From NCBI GenBank assembly GCA_049999805.1, contig JBNGIO010006314.1, positions 176,243 through 221,172 on the forward strand: a DNA stretch of 44,930 bases, read 5' to 3'. The DNA comes from Folioceros fuciformis (taxonomy: Eukaryota). The notes under the pieces were generated by a model. That model worked only from the letters and a program-made list of their open reading frames with translations, made no database searches and was not told the origin of the DNA. Both the position numbers and the translations under genes were made by a program. This document shows positions 1 through 11,299 of the stretch, piece after piece. Numbering within the stretch: the first letter of the stretch is position 1; every line of letters begins with the position of its first letter.

Positions 1-1
1 T

Positions 2-2126
2 ATGAGCCTCGGGGAGCTGCTGGACGATGCACGCGTGACAGCGGTCTCGGTGGAGGGGGATCTGGATGTGGAGGTTACCGGCATCCAGCACGACTCCCGG
101 GAAGTGGAGCCCGGGGACATTTTCGTGTGCTGCACGGGGCTGTCGGCGGACGGGCACGCATTCACGGCGCAGGCGGTGGAGCGGGGGGCGATCGTGATCG
201 TGGCGGCGCGGGAGGTGAGTGTGGCCGCGGGTATGGTGAAGGCGGTGGTTGTAGTAGAGGACACCAACGGGGTGCTGTCTGCCCTAGCCGGCGCCTTCTA
301 CTCGCATCCCTCCAGGAAGCTGAGCGTGGTAGGGATTACAGGGACGAATGGGAAGACGACGACGTCCTATTTGTTGCGAAGCATGTACGAGTCTATGGGG
401 ATGAAGACCGGCCTGCTCGGCACTATCAACTACTACATCAACGCGAGGAGGAAGCTAGAGGCGCTGAACACCACTCCAGACGCGGTCTACTTGCAGAAGC
501 TTATGGCCACTATGGTGCATTATGGGTCCGAGGTGTGTGTGATGGAGGTTTCATCGCACGCGCTTGCGCTGGGGAGGTGCGCGGATGTGGATTTTGATGT
601 GGCTGTGTTCACGAATCTCACCAGGGACCACATGGATTTCCATGGCAGTATGGAGGAGTACCGAGAGGCTAAAGCTAAATTGTTTGACAAGATGGTGGAC
701 CCAAAACGGCACCGAAAGGTGGTGAACATCGATGACCCGAGTGCTGGATTTTTTATGGCCAGGGGCGGGGCGGATGTACCTGTGGTGACTTTTGGGCAGG
801 AGAACAGCGGTGCGGATGTGTTTCCCTTGGAGGTGCAGCTGACTCTTTTCGAGACGGACTTGTTGGTGAGGACCCCTAAAGGAAATGTGGAGATATCGTC
901 CGGGCTACTGGGGCGGCACAATGTATATAATATCCTGGCGGCTGTGGCTGTGGGGATCGCCGTGCGTGTGCCGCTGGAGGATATTGTGCGCGGGATCGAG
1001 GAGGTGGACGCTGTGCCTGGGAGGTGCGAGCTCATTGATGAGGAGCAGGCGTTCGCTGTGGTTGTGGATTATGCACACACTCCTGACGCTCTGTCCAGGC
1101 TGCTGGACACCATTAGAGAGTGTGGGCCCCGTCGGATCATCACAGGTGCTCCTTGCTAGTAGTTAGGGTTGCTCCAATTCACCGCTGCTGGTGATTGAAG
1201 TAGTGGAGTCTGATGTTTTGGATGTCACAGTGGTGGGCTGCGGTGGTGATCGGGACCGAGGGAAGCGGCCTATGATGGCCAAGATCGCCACCGACAAGAG
1301 CGACGTTACCATTATCACGTCCGACAACCCTCGGACTGAGGATCCTTGTAAGTTTTTCCAGCTTGCCTCCTTGAGACAGCGAAGCGTCACATAGAGAGAG
1401 GGATGGACGACCCTGAACCATGTGGCTGCAGTGGACATCATCGATGATATGCTGGCTGGAGTGGGGTGGTCGGTGGAGGAGTATTGCGAGTGGGGGGAGA
1501 AGGACTACTATCCACCCCTCCCGAATGGCCACCGCCTATTCGTGTACGACATCCGGTGCATAGCTGTGCGAGCTGCCGTTGCCATGGGCGAGGAAGGCGA
1601 TGCAGTGGTCAGCTTTCTGCTTTACTACAAGCGTAGCAAAAGGAGCTGTGGGGCAGTGCTTTATGTTGATGTTCGTCTGCCCTTTTCTTCTCTGCAGGTG
1701 ATAGCGGGCAAAGGCCACGAGACATACCAAATCGTAGGCAAGGACAAGCAGTACTTCGACGACAGGGAAGAATGCCGAGAAGCCCTGCAACACGTGGATG
1801 CTTTACACGCCGCCGGTGTGGACACTACCGAGTTTCCCTGGAGGTGAGTTCGGCTTCAGTGGTCACTGCTCATATCACTGTATTTCACCCAAGCTAGAGT
1901 TTGCTCACTGTGGGGTGCTTGCATTTCGTAGAGTGCTTGAGAGCGTGTAAGCGCGGGCCATCCTGAAGCAGCGCGTCCCTTGCGCGTGGAGGCGGGAGAA
2001 GCATGGGAGACATGAATAGAACGTAAGCCGGTTGGCCGTGCTAACTGATTGCCGTTCCAACATTTGTGCGCGGCCGTACTCACCGTCAAATTCCTCCCTC
2101 GCAGGCTCTTTGGACAGGCAGGCTAA
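2..2126 (+). CDS. MurE: Plastid MurE-like protein (UDP-MurNAc-tripeptide synthetase family), land-plant type; N-terminus probably outside the window
   Basis: Mur ligase motifs [67 protein letters not shown]. In-frame GT-AG exons 2-1145, 1231-1347, 1432-1607, 1698-1843. The last exon 2105-2126 (RLFGQAG*) is tentative. Confidence 0.95.
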
Positions 2127-2415
2127 AGGCAGATGAAGCCCAACGCTCTGTGTACGTTATCATTGGCGTACAGCGAGTGTGGACCAGTTGTCGACTCCGT
2201 GGTCCCTTGCACCGTGTTGGTACAGTCATGGCACCCACCGGTAACAAGGCATCCACTGGCAGCCGTGTACATTGGCACTTCAACTACGGTGGTTAGTTAC
2301 ATCTACACACTTCCAGACTTGAAGCCGAAGCCCCCGCCGTCCGTGGACAATTCCTAAAGATCCCGATTCCGCAACGAAGGATTGGATTTCACGGCTCTGG
2401 CACAAAGCGAGCTTT

Positions 2416-2955
2416 CCGCGTGTGACAAAGTAAGATAGTAAGATGTTGTCAAAGCGTTGTTGTTCCCTTTTCCTCAGGTCTTGTAATGTTTGCGCTTCAT
2501 GCGGAGCAGGATTCTCAGAGACTGACTACGCTGTCCGGAAGACGAATCGGTCTCGGTTAAGCAAATTAGTTGTTTAACAACACATCAAGAAGAACTCATA
2601 AATTATCACACACTAATTTTTACCTGGCCAGTGTTGGAAGCCGGTTGGGATGAAGGTGACTGGTAAAGCTGCGTGGCGGATGACGGACCGTCCGTACGTC
2701 TACCGCCGTCGAGTAGGTTTGCGGCGGCGCCGCGTGGAGGGCGGATGCCAGCGCACGGTATGCACATACATAATGTACATATATATGCCTGGTTGCTTGG
2801 ACCATGCGGCATTGAGCAGTCCGCTACTGCACGAGTGCGTCGGCAAAACGCGTTTTCGAATTTTCTGTTGCCCACAGTACTGGATACGACCCTTCAAAAC
2901 CGCGTCCTCGACAGCTGTCTCACTCTGCATCTTCACTTTCGAGCGGAGGTATAAA
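2416..2955 (+). promoter_or_regulatory. Candidate promoter of calmodulin-like gene 1: four CGCG-box motifs plus TATAAA
   Basis: MCGCGT at 2416, 2730, 2848 and 2900; TATAAA at 2950-2955; about 350 bp upstream of ATG 3302. Confidence 0.4.
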
Positions 2956-3301
2956 GCTCAGTCTGTGTGAGGAGTCAAGAGAGTCAGCCACGGTTGTCGC
3001 CTTGCATCCAGGTCCTGGGGCTCTTGAGGTCTTAGAAGGTCCTTGGTCTGGTCAGTCTCGACGGCTTGCGCGAAGTTCACTCCTCTCCGCACCCGCGGCG
3101 GCCGCTACTTATATAGCCGTTACGGTAGTCTTTCCCTGGACATGGACGGCAACAAACAACATTCCTTCTCCAATTCCTTTGTCAGGCTCCTCTCCCAAGC
3201 TAGCGTGGGGGGAATGCGTGAGAAGTCGACTCAGAGGTGGAGTTGAATTGATCCCGAGCGGGCTTGATTGTTGCAAAATATTTTTTGTGTGGCCTTGGAG
3301 C

Positions 3302-4153
3302 ATGAGTAACTTGGCCGCCGTTGCGGTGCCTGTTGAGGAAGGGTCAGACCTGGCGATAGAGCACAGTTTGTACCACTCGCGGGTACAGCAAACGCCGTCT
3401 GCTGCACAGGAGATGGTATCGGGGACCGCCGCCGGGGAGGTCCTGGTGGAAATCTTGGGAAACGGGAGTGAGGAACTTTCCGGAGCCTACGACCGCTCAC
3501 TGTCCCAGACTAGCAGCTCCAGCAGCAGCAGCACAAGCAGCAGAAGCAGCGGCGGCTCCAGCGTCTTCTCCGGGGGCTCCAGCATCGACGGCACCTTCTC
3601 CCGATCCTCGAGCCTCGATTTCAAGGGCCTGCAGCCGAGCAGGAGCGGGAAGTTGACTTCAGCGTCTGAGCAGGACCTGCGGAAGATCTTCCAGTCCGTG
3701 GACCTGGACCACGACGGCAGGGTTTGCGTCAAGGAACTGACAGCTTACTTGGCCAAGCTCCCGTTCAAGCTCACGGACAAGGACGTTGAAGTGCTGCTGG
3801 CGTCCGCGGACGACAACGGGGACCGATGCTTGGAGTTCCACGAGTTCCAAAGACTCTACAAATCGGTGACCGCGACGGAGAAGAGTAACGCCCCCGGGCT
3901 CGAGGATGTCATGGAGGTGGACGAGGCTGAGGACGACCAGGCTCTTAGGGACGCCTTCACCGTATTCGATAGAAACAATGACGGCCTCATCTCCCCCTCC
4001 GAGCTCTTGCTGGTGATGCGGAGCATGAGTTCCTCGGGGAATTCCAAGAAGCTCAGCGACTGTTCCCGGATGATCAAGGCTGTTGACAAGGACGGTGACG
4101 GCCAGGTAAACTTCCAGGAGTTCAAGGAAATGATGACCACCAGCTTCCTGTAG
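3302..4153 (+). CDS. Calmodulin-like (CML) protein, 4 EF-hands, Ser-rich N-terminal extension, intronless
   Basis: EF loops DLDHDGRVCVKE, DDNGDRCLEFHE, DRNNDGLISPSE, DKDGDGQVNFQE. First ATG in the ORF after the TATA region is 3302 (M3413 is an alternative). Confidence 0.92.
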   Translation: MSNLAAVAVPVEEGSDLAIEHSLYHSRVQQTPSAAQEMVSGTAAGEVLVEILGNGSEELSGAYDRSLSQTSSSSSSSTSSRSSGGSSVFSGGSSIDGTFSRSSSLDFKGLQPSRSGKLTSASEQDLRKIFQSVDLDHDGRVCVKELTAYLAKLPFKLTDKDVEVLLASADDNGDRCLEFHEFQRLYKSVTATEKSNAPGLEDVMEVDEAEDDQALRDAFTVFDRNNDGLISPSELLLVMRSMSSSGNSKKLSDCSRMIKAVDKDGDGQVNFQEFKEMMTTSFL

Positions 4154-4830
4154 CTCTGCCGTTCTTCCTTTCGCTGCGATAGTGGCCGCGCACACTCAAG
4201 ACGTGTCCCCTATCTTCCGGAGACCAGAGGGCACGCCAAGAACAAGTCTCACTTCTGGCTGGAAATTCAACACAAAATTCATTCCGGTGGGAATCGGCAC
4301 TGTTTTCAGCGGTGCAGTGTCCTCTCTTGAGAGGTAAGGGAAGATGTGGCGGTGGAAGGCAAGAACGGTTGCTTCATCACGAGGACGAAGAGGTCCTGGA
4401 GCGTCGCGCTTTGAACTGTCAGTCTGGACGGTCTTACGGCTCAACCTTCTCTTCTGTGGCGAGGAAGCTTGGAACAACAAGACGACGAAGTAACATAGTC
4501 AAGCCAGCATAAGCCACAAGCGAAAAAATGTATCACAGATATTTGAGATATTGTAGGTATCGTAACACGTTTTTACTCTTTGGATCGGAGCTCATGGGCC
4601 GGGCCCGGGAGTCCTGGTACCAGCTTGTCTTCGGGGGCTTCGCACAAACCACCTCGTTGAAACACTTTCTTTGGTGTACATCGGTGACATGTTTCGAAAT
4701 TCATGAACTGAGGCCCGCGTCTCTATCTATGTCTACTCGTGTTCGTGTCCCGCAATGTGCATTTTCTGCTCGCGTATCTTGTTGCGTCGTGGTATGTGAG
4801 GTAGGTTTGAGACAAGGGGGTTCAACAAGG

Positions 4831-6418
4831 ATGCTGCGCTCTGGGTTCGCTTCGAGGACATATTCCAGCTGTTTGCCTTACGCCCGGGCAAGGTGCAGAA
4901 CATCGGCGTTTTGGAGCACGGCTGGCGGAGCTGCTGCGGGCAACCATTCGCCGGTAGCTTCATTTTTGCCACACTGGATTCTTCCCGATGCCGCTAATGA
5001 CATGTGAGACCTGACTGAGAGGTTGGAGATGTCTTTGAACTCCGTAATTTACCATGGCAGAGAATCTCCTACAGGCTGCAATGAGTGCTGTGTCTGTGGA
5101 GAGGGAGAGGGAGGCGGTAGAAATGGCCGTAGGTTCCGAGCAGCCTGTGAATGGGACCACCAGCCCTACATGGAAGTGGCGGCTGGTTTTAGCTTACGAT
5201 GGCTCCAAGTACTCGGGTTTGCATCATGTTTTGCTTCCGCTCTCTTCCACGAGACTGAATCTGCCGTTGCAATGGTTTAAGATTCAAACCTGGATGCAGG
5301 ATGGCAGCTGCAAGACCGGGATCCTACTATTCAGTTTCATATTGAAGATGCTCTCATGAAGTTGACTCGCCTCACCCGGAAAGAGCTGAAAGTAATTGGA
5401 GCTGGTCGCACCGACGCTGGGGTTCATGCCTGGGGTCAGGTAATTTCCGGCACAAAGTCACTTTTGTTATGATGATTTTAAGCAGCTTGATGCAGTCCTG
5501 CTGAGGCCTTTGGGCGATTGCAGGTTGCACAATTCACCACTCTGTCCCCATTTGAGGAGCTGGGAAAGGTTCATGCCTCTCTGAATGGTATTTTGCCGCA
5601 CGACATCAGAGTTAGGGAAGTCTCAGCTGTACATCCTAGCTTCCATGCTCGGTACTCAGCTCTGTCTAAAACTTATCACTACAAGGCTTATGTTTCACCG
5701 GTCATGGACCCTTTTCAGCGTGGTCACACCCTCTTCGTGATCGAAAATCTCAATATGGAGGTTATGCAAGAGGCTGCTCAAAACTTTGTGGGAACTCACG
5801 ACTTCTCCGCCTTTGCCAATGCATCTGATGATGCTGCCTTGCAAGATCCTGTCAGGACCATCTTCAAGTTTAGCGTAAATGCTGCGGTAGGTACGTGAAA
5901 CTGTGCTCCCCCATGTAATTGGGGTTACTGTTAACTGTGACTTACAAGGGATTCTGTTCCAGGGACCGGAGGTTTGCTTTGTGGTCGAGGGAACAGGTTT
6001 TTTCTACAAGCAAGTCCGCAACATGGTAAAGATGGCCGATTGAACTGCTGTTTGCCTGTGACTGGATATATCGAACTTGGTTTGTTGAAACCCAGTCTTG
6101 TCTCAGGTTGGCTTGCTGATTGAGATTGGGAAGGAATTGGTTCCTCCCAGGGCAGTGCTTGATGTCATAAAGTCGAAGAGCCGCAAAGCACTGGCATCAG
6201 TAGCCCGCACCGCTCCACCTCAGGGCCTCTATCTGATGTCTGTGAGTTACGATGAAGCCGCTCTTGCACCAGTCGAAGAAGTGCCAAGGGTCAGTCATGG
6301 GGCGTGGAAACAGCCTCCGAAAGCTGCTCTTTACAAACTTCCATGTTCATTGGTAGCCCTCGTAGCCTTTGCCCGTCGTGCTCGGTTCGCTTCTGCTCCA
6401 CAGATTTGGGATCCTTGA
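4831..6418 (+). CDS. tRNA pseudouridine synthase, TruA family
   Basis: LVLAYDGSKYSG, catalytic GAGRTDAGVHAWGQ, FHARYSALSKTYHY, GTHDFSAFAN, GFFYKQVRNMVG, TAPPQGLYL across about 6 exons. Start is 4831 (spliced 4953>5075) or 5054; 3' end approximate. Confidence 0.92.
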
Positions 6419-7697
6419 TTTGATTGACATTCAGAAGCTGCCGTACCTGATCCTAGCAGTTCCTTCCAGGATGACTTCAGTCACTTCAGAAAGCGTCAGC
6501 GCCAAACATGAGGAGGGTCGAGAGAATTCCAACAGGCGAAAGAGAAACGACTTCCGTGCTTCGAGAGGTCAGTCTACCCTCTCAAGTGTAATTTTGCAAA
6601 CTTTGGGCACGACACAAGACTGAGCTAAACTGGTCTTTCAGGCGATACAGTTTGGAAGGCGGGAACTTGTTCAAGAGCTCTGTGGATGGGGACTTGTATT
6701 AGGTGATCTGATTGATCGTTGGCATGGTATAGGTTGGCATTCTCACGAACGACACTGCCATCACCTTCCGTTACCCAGGAATTGATCTGGTGGAATGGCA
6801 CACTTTGTCTGGGCCATTTGCTAGAAACCCTTGTCATAGGCAGTAGAGTCGCACACTAATAATTGATATCCCAGAAGTACAATTCGTTCATTCCATGAGG
6901 CTTGCATCCCAGCAACAGTGACCTATGGGCGTATGGTGTGAGCCGTAGTCGAAGACTGGCACTCTAATATTTGTCACGTCTTAACCGCAAGTTAGTGTGT
7001 TGCTCCGATGATCTTTGCCTCCTCATGGCGGCAAAGAGTACAGTACATCTTATCACAATAGTACGGAATCTCCCAACTTGCGATTGAACAGCGGAGCAGT
7101 AACAGACAACACCCCCGTTTTTAGCGCGGCGACGATCAATGGTGTGGACTGGCGGAACGTGCGAAAGAGCTGGGGAAAAGCCGTCCCAGATGGGGGTGTC
7201 AGGTGGGTCAGTAGCAAATCACAGACAAGCTCGCACGTCCACGGCTATGGCGACACTCAAGCTCCCTTCGGTAAAAGCAAAAGCAAGGATGGTGTTCCCC
7301 CTTCATGACGTCCACGCATGAGGTGGTTGGACCTTCGGAGAGAAGCGTTCGTGGGGACCCGGCCCGGATAGGTCAATTCTTGGATGGCGTGCTATTCATG
7401 CCCCACCTTGTGATCTTTCATGGGGCCCCCAGCCTGATCATCTTTTGACGGGGCCACCACCTGATGAACATCAGGTACTTTTCAGGTAAGCAGCTCAGGT
7501 TTCCTCCGATCTTATCAAGGAGCATTTCCGTATCATCCTCAACTTCGTGACCAGGGTGGTCTTGGTATGGGTACATTGTGTTCCAGACTACTGTACCTGT
7601 CAAGGACCGGTTTCCCACATCCGCAGTCCAATATCCAACCGCCATTTTTCTTACAGGGGTGCATGTTGCCGGCGGCAAATCGCCTGTTCCAGTGACC

Positions 7698-7900
7698 CTC
7701 TTCCCGTGACAGACGTTTTTGTCGCACCCTTCTCGTGAACCAAGCCCTGCACGAGCCCCTGCCGCGGTCCCGATCGTACCGTGCGTCTTTTCCGTGATTG
7801 TCCCGTCGTCCGTTACATTTTCTTCCACCCCTTCTCTCGATCCTGTCCTGCACGACTGTCTTCCCGTGGTCCCAGGCTGACCTGGCTGTCTTCCCCGTGA
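7698..7900. repeat. Five dispersed copies of a TCTTYCCGTG-like motif
   Basis: Copies near 7699, 7730, 7788, 7859 and 7889. Confidence 0.45.
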
Positions 7901-8686
7901 TGGTCCTCGTGTTTCAGGACGTGAGTTTCAGTCTCTCCTACTGAGACTCTGTCCGCAGCAACCGTGCGCCGTCTAATTGTGCGCTATCCTCTCATTACGT
8001 GAACCAAAGTTGAGCACCGCGTCCTCCTTGCCTAGCCAGAACGAGGGGTGTGATTCCCATCCTGGCATGCCCTGTCGGGTGGGAGCGGAGCACCATGCTT
8101 CCATGTTGTTTTATCACTTGCATGTAGCAGAGAGCTGGCCCCTATCCTAAGTCCGGCGTGCAGTCAGAGAGGCACTTCAGGCGTACTCGCAACGTCTCCT
8201 GCACACTCACGGAACAATGACGGGTGTTAACCTGTCAGTCCAGGCGACCTAGCAAATACAAAACACACCATACAGGTGTCTCAATTACGACTGCCGCTTA
8301 ACCTTCAGCAGTCTCGCGAGCAACATACGAGGATCGCCTTGCTGGTCGTGCCTGGGGGGCAGGGGTTGGCTGCATTTGCATGACCGCCACAACCAAAAAC
8401 TGTTGTCAGCCGAATGTGGTCCCCAGTACTGCACAGAACGAGCCATGTCCGTGCAACATTGTACCGGTCCCTTGATTCAGCTAGTATGCCTCCTTCTTTG
8501 TAACCAGATAATGGGGTCACATGATCTCAATTTGAATAATACATATCACACCTCCAGTTTTGGGCGTAGGGTCAAGACAGGTTGTCTGTTATCCACAGGG
8601 ATGCTTTGCTGCGAAAGCAAGAGAACTGCGTCAGATGGGCAACGGAAGGTCTTGGCGACCTCAAGGACAAGCAAATGCATCTGCCG

Positions 8687-9368
8687 TCACACGATGCCAA
8701 CCTTGGCTAAAGCCCAATCCGCAGAGTCGAAGAAAGCCCTCGATGTTTTCTGCAAAGTTATCCACAGAGGTATCATGAGCGTTCTCACATTCAAGGTAAC
8801 GTGCTTCATGTTACCTTGAAACAGCTTTAAGCAGCTGCTGTCCAGCCACGGATTCAGTAGCTTACCGTCTCTACGAAAGACTTCCTTTTCGGCCGAACGC
8901 CGTATTTCTTCGCTGCTGCTTCCTGCGCATTCCAAGGTTGCCTGCAACTCAGAGAAGGGCAAGGAAAAATCTAGTGCCAAAAACCACGTTACATAATCCG
9001 CATAATTCCACCTCGGCTATCAGCGTTTCTTCTTCGACGGCGTCCTCGGGGCTAGGGCTGGAGGCTCCTTCGCTGGTCTGGCCTTTTTCCTCCTCCATCT
9101 TCTTCCCCTCTTGGAAGGGAGATACTTCAGCCAACCGTTAGTGTCTCCGATCGACGGCGAGTCACTTACTTCGCAATACAAGGGAAAACATGAGGCGCAT
9201 GCAGCTGAGACCATCCGGCTCAACGATTTCCTTCCATCGATTCCATCTCAACCAGTTGCTCTCCTCCTCGAGGTTACCATGATTTTCCACGAGAAGATTT
9301 GGAACAACACCTTCGTCTCCAATCTCGTCATAGCATAGAAACGGCCAACCGTGCCATATACGAATCAT
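8687..9368 (-). CDS. Possible spliced orphan gene, unknown product
   Basis: Three short ORFs can be joined in frame by GT-AG introns 9169-9125 and about 9011-8943 (optional 8865-8815). The introns are unusually short and no domain is recognised. Confidence 0.35.
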
Positions 9369-9731
9369 CCCGCGCCCTCATGCGTTCAACGTCTTCGAAT
9401 CTCAAGCGCCCAGGTCTGCATTACCAGCACCCCAAAATCCATCCATGGCAGTGCCATGTGTAGCGGCACAGCAATATCGTCTCTTTTCCTAGCACCGCGA
9501 CATGCACCTGTTATTGTGACAGGCCCCAACGGACCGGTATTTTGTCTTATAGTGTGCCCTAAAACAGCTTAATACCAAAGTCATGCCTGACGACAGGATC
9601 TGATTTGTCAGGCTTCTCCCATATTGTGCAACGCTCTGCTAGACATTGAGAAGACAACGCAGCGAAGTCGATCTAGTCTACAAAGCTTTTGTGTCGTCAT
9701 CCTCAAACCCTGTTGAGATCTACGGGTCACC

Positions 9732-10641
9732 ATGGCCCACACTATGGATGTGGACATAGAGCCAATATATTGTGTGGAGCAGATTCAAATACCTGCTGGC
9801 CTCCCTGAAATGCTGAAGAACTTTGCCAAGGAAGCTATCAGATCACAGCCTCCACATCTGGAAGAATTTGCCGCAGATTATTTCAGCCTGCTTTACAAGA
9901 TGACTAAGTTGGACTCGTCTGCTCCCCCCCCAACCTTAGTGCAGGTTCTCACCGTGCTCCATCAGCCATCTACGTAATACATCAGCGTTACTGTCAGAAA
10001 TTCTTTATGCCTGAGATTTTGCCATCTCACAGCTTCAAAGATGTTGGGAGGAGCTGCGTGGCATAGAGTTCATGAGCCAGGACGCAATAGAAAGTGCCTG
10101 TGCAGCACACGGGGTTCCTAGGGCAGCTCTGAAGAAAGTTTTCACTCTGCACGATTTCAAGTCTGATCTGGTGGACCCCAAGGAGGTGATAGTGCTTCTT
10201 CTGACGTGCCTTGCGCAGGTACCGAAATTGGTCTTGGTGTCAATTACAAACGCAAGTAGAGCTCCTTCCAGCTGTAAACATTCTTTATTATTGCCCAGAG
10301 TTTTGTTGCTGTCCTGAGGGGCATCTTTGAAATTTTCGGGCTAAACAACGGAGGCAAAATTTCAGTGGCCCTCTTCCTCAAGTTACTGTCTTTCTTATCT
10401 AAGCGAGACAGGGACATCACCCCACAGTGCATTTCCAACCTCACGGCAGAGCTGTAAGTTGCGTACGTGATTCGTGCGCTAATTGTGACTCCACTGTCTA
10501 TGAGCACTGTGGGCTGAACTGGTTCTTTGTGTTTACAGGCTGGTTCCAGGTGATAAACCACCGGAAATAACTTACACCCAAATGAAGAATAGCCCCCACA
10601 TGCTTCACTTCTTTGTCACTCCCAGCGGAGGTCCAGTATAG
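9732..10641 (+). CDS. RSP11: Flagellar radial spoke protein 11 / ropporin-1-like (RIIa dimerisation-docking domain)
   Basis: N-terminus MDVDIEPIYCVEQIQIPAGLPEMLKNFAKEAIRSQPPHLEEFAADYF matches the RSP11/ROPN1L pattern. Four exons, about 9732-9943, 10033-10218, 10299-10454, 10539-10641. Confidence 0.85.
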
Positions 10642-11299
10642 CCAGCAACAAACAACGTACTTCTCACGTGTAGAACAAGAGCAGCTAAAGACTAACCTAG
10701 AGACACAGGTACGAGCTACACTTCCCTGTAGCACTCGTACTGACCATTCCTGCAAACGGCGGTAAATGGCCAAGACCACTCACGCCTTGATGGACCCTAG
10801 TGTAGTTAATTCGGGTAAAGATCAAGCAGCCTTACCCAGCATTTCGGGCCTTCACATGCCAAAGATTGACAAGCAATAATGGATCTTTACATATACGGGG
10901 ACAAGTCCTAAGCAATGACCACACCGAGGGAGCTACCTCGTAGCCGAATTCACTTGTAACTGCTGTACTGTCGTTGCATTGATGCACCTTTGATGGATTC
11001 ATGCAAAAATTGCCAAGATGAGACCACGATCCAGAAGGGGAATAGAAACAACTGTCCAGCCATTTCTTCGGATCACCTGCAGCGATGTTCACAAGATCTG
11101 ATCTTAGTGGGGAAAAGGGAGCAGACACAGTCAACAACTGAAGATATGAAGTGACCAGGAACATGAACAAAAGAAGATACTGACCTCCGTTTGCCGCAGG
11201 GGCAGGTACAGCATTATGCTAAGGAACCCGCACGCAGGGCAGTGGTGCTATAGAAGCGACCGCAAGACCACGATCACTTAGATCACGACCACCACTATT

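Noticed and set aside
2..2126. MurE (and the histidine kinase) as bacterial contamination or recent HGT
   Set aside because: Both have multiple spliceosomal introns and plant neighbours; MurE has the land-plant insert.
3002..3301. 100-aa N-terminal extension of CML1 in the ORF track
   Set aside because: Begins at a non-ATG codon just downstream of the TATA; most likely 5' UTR.
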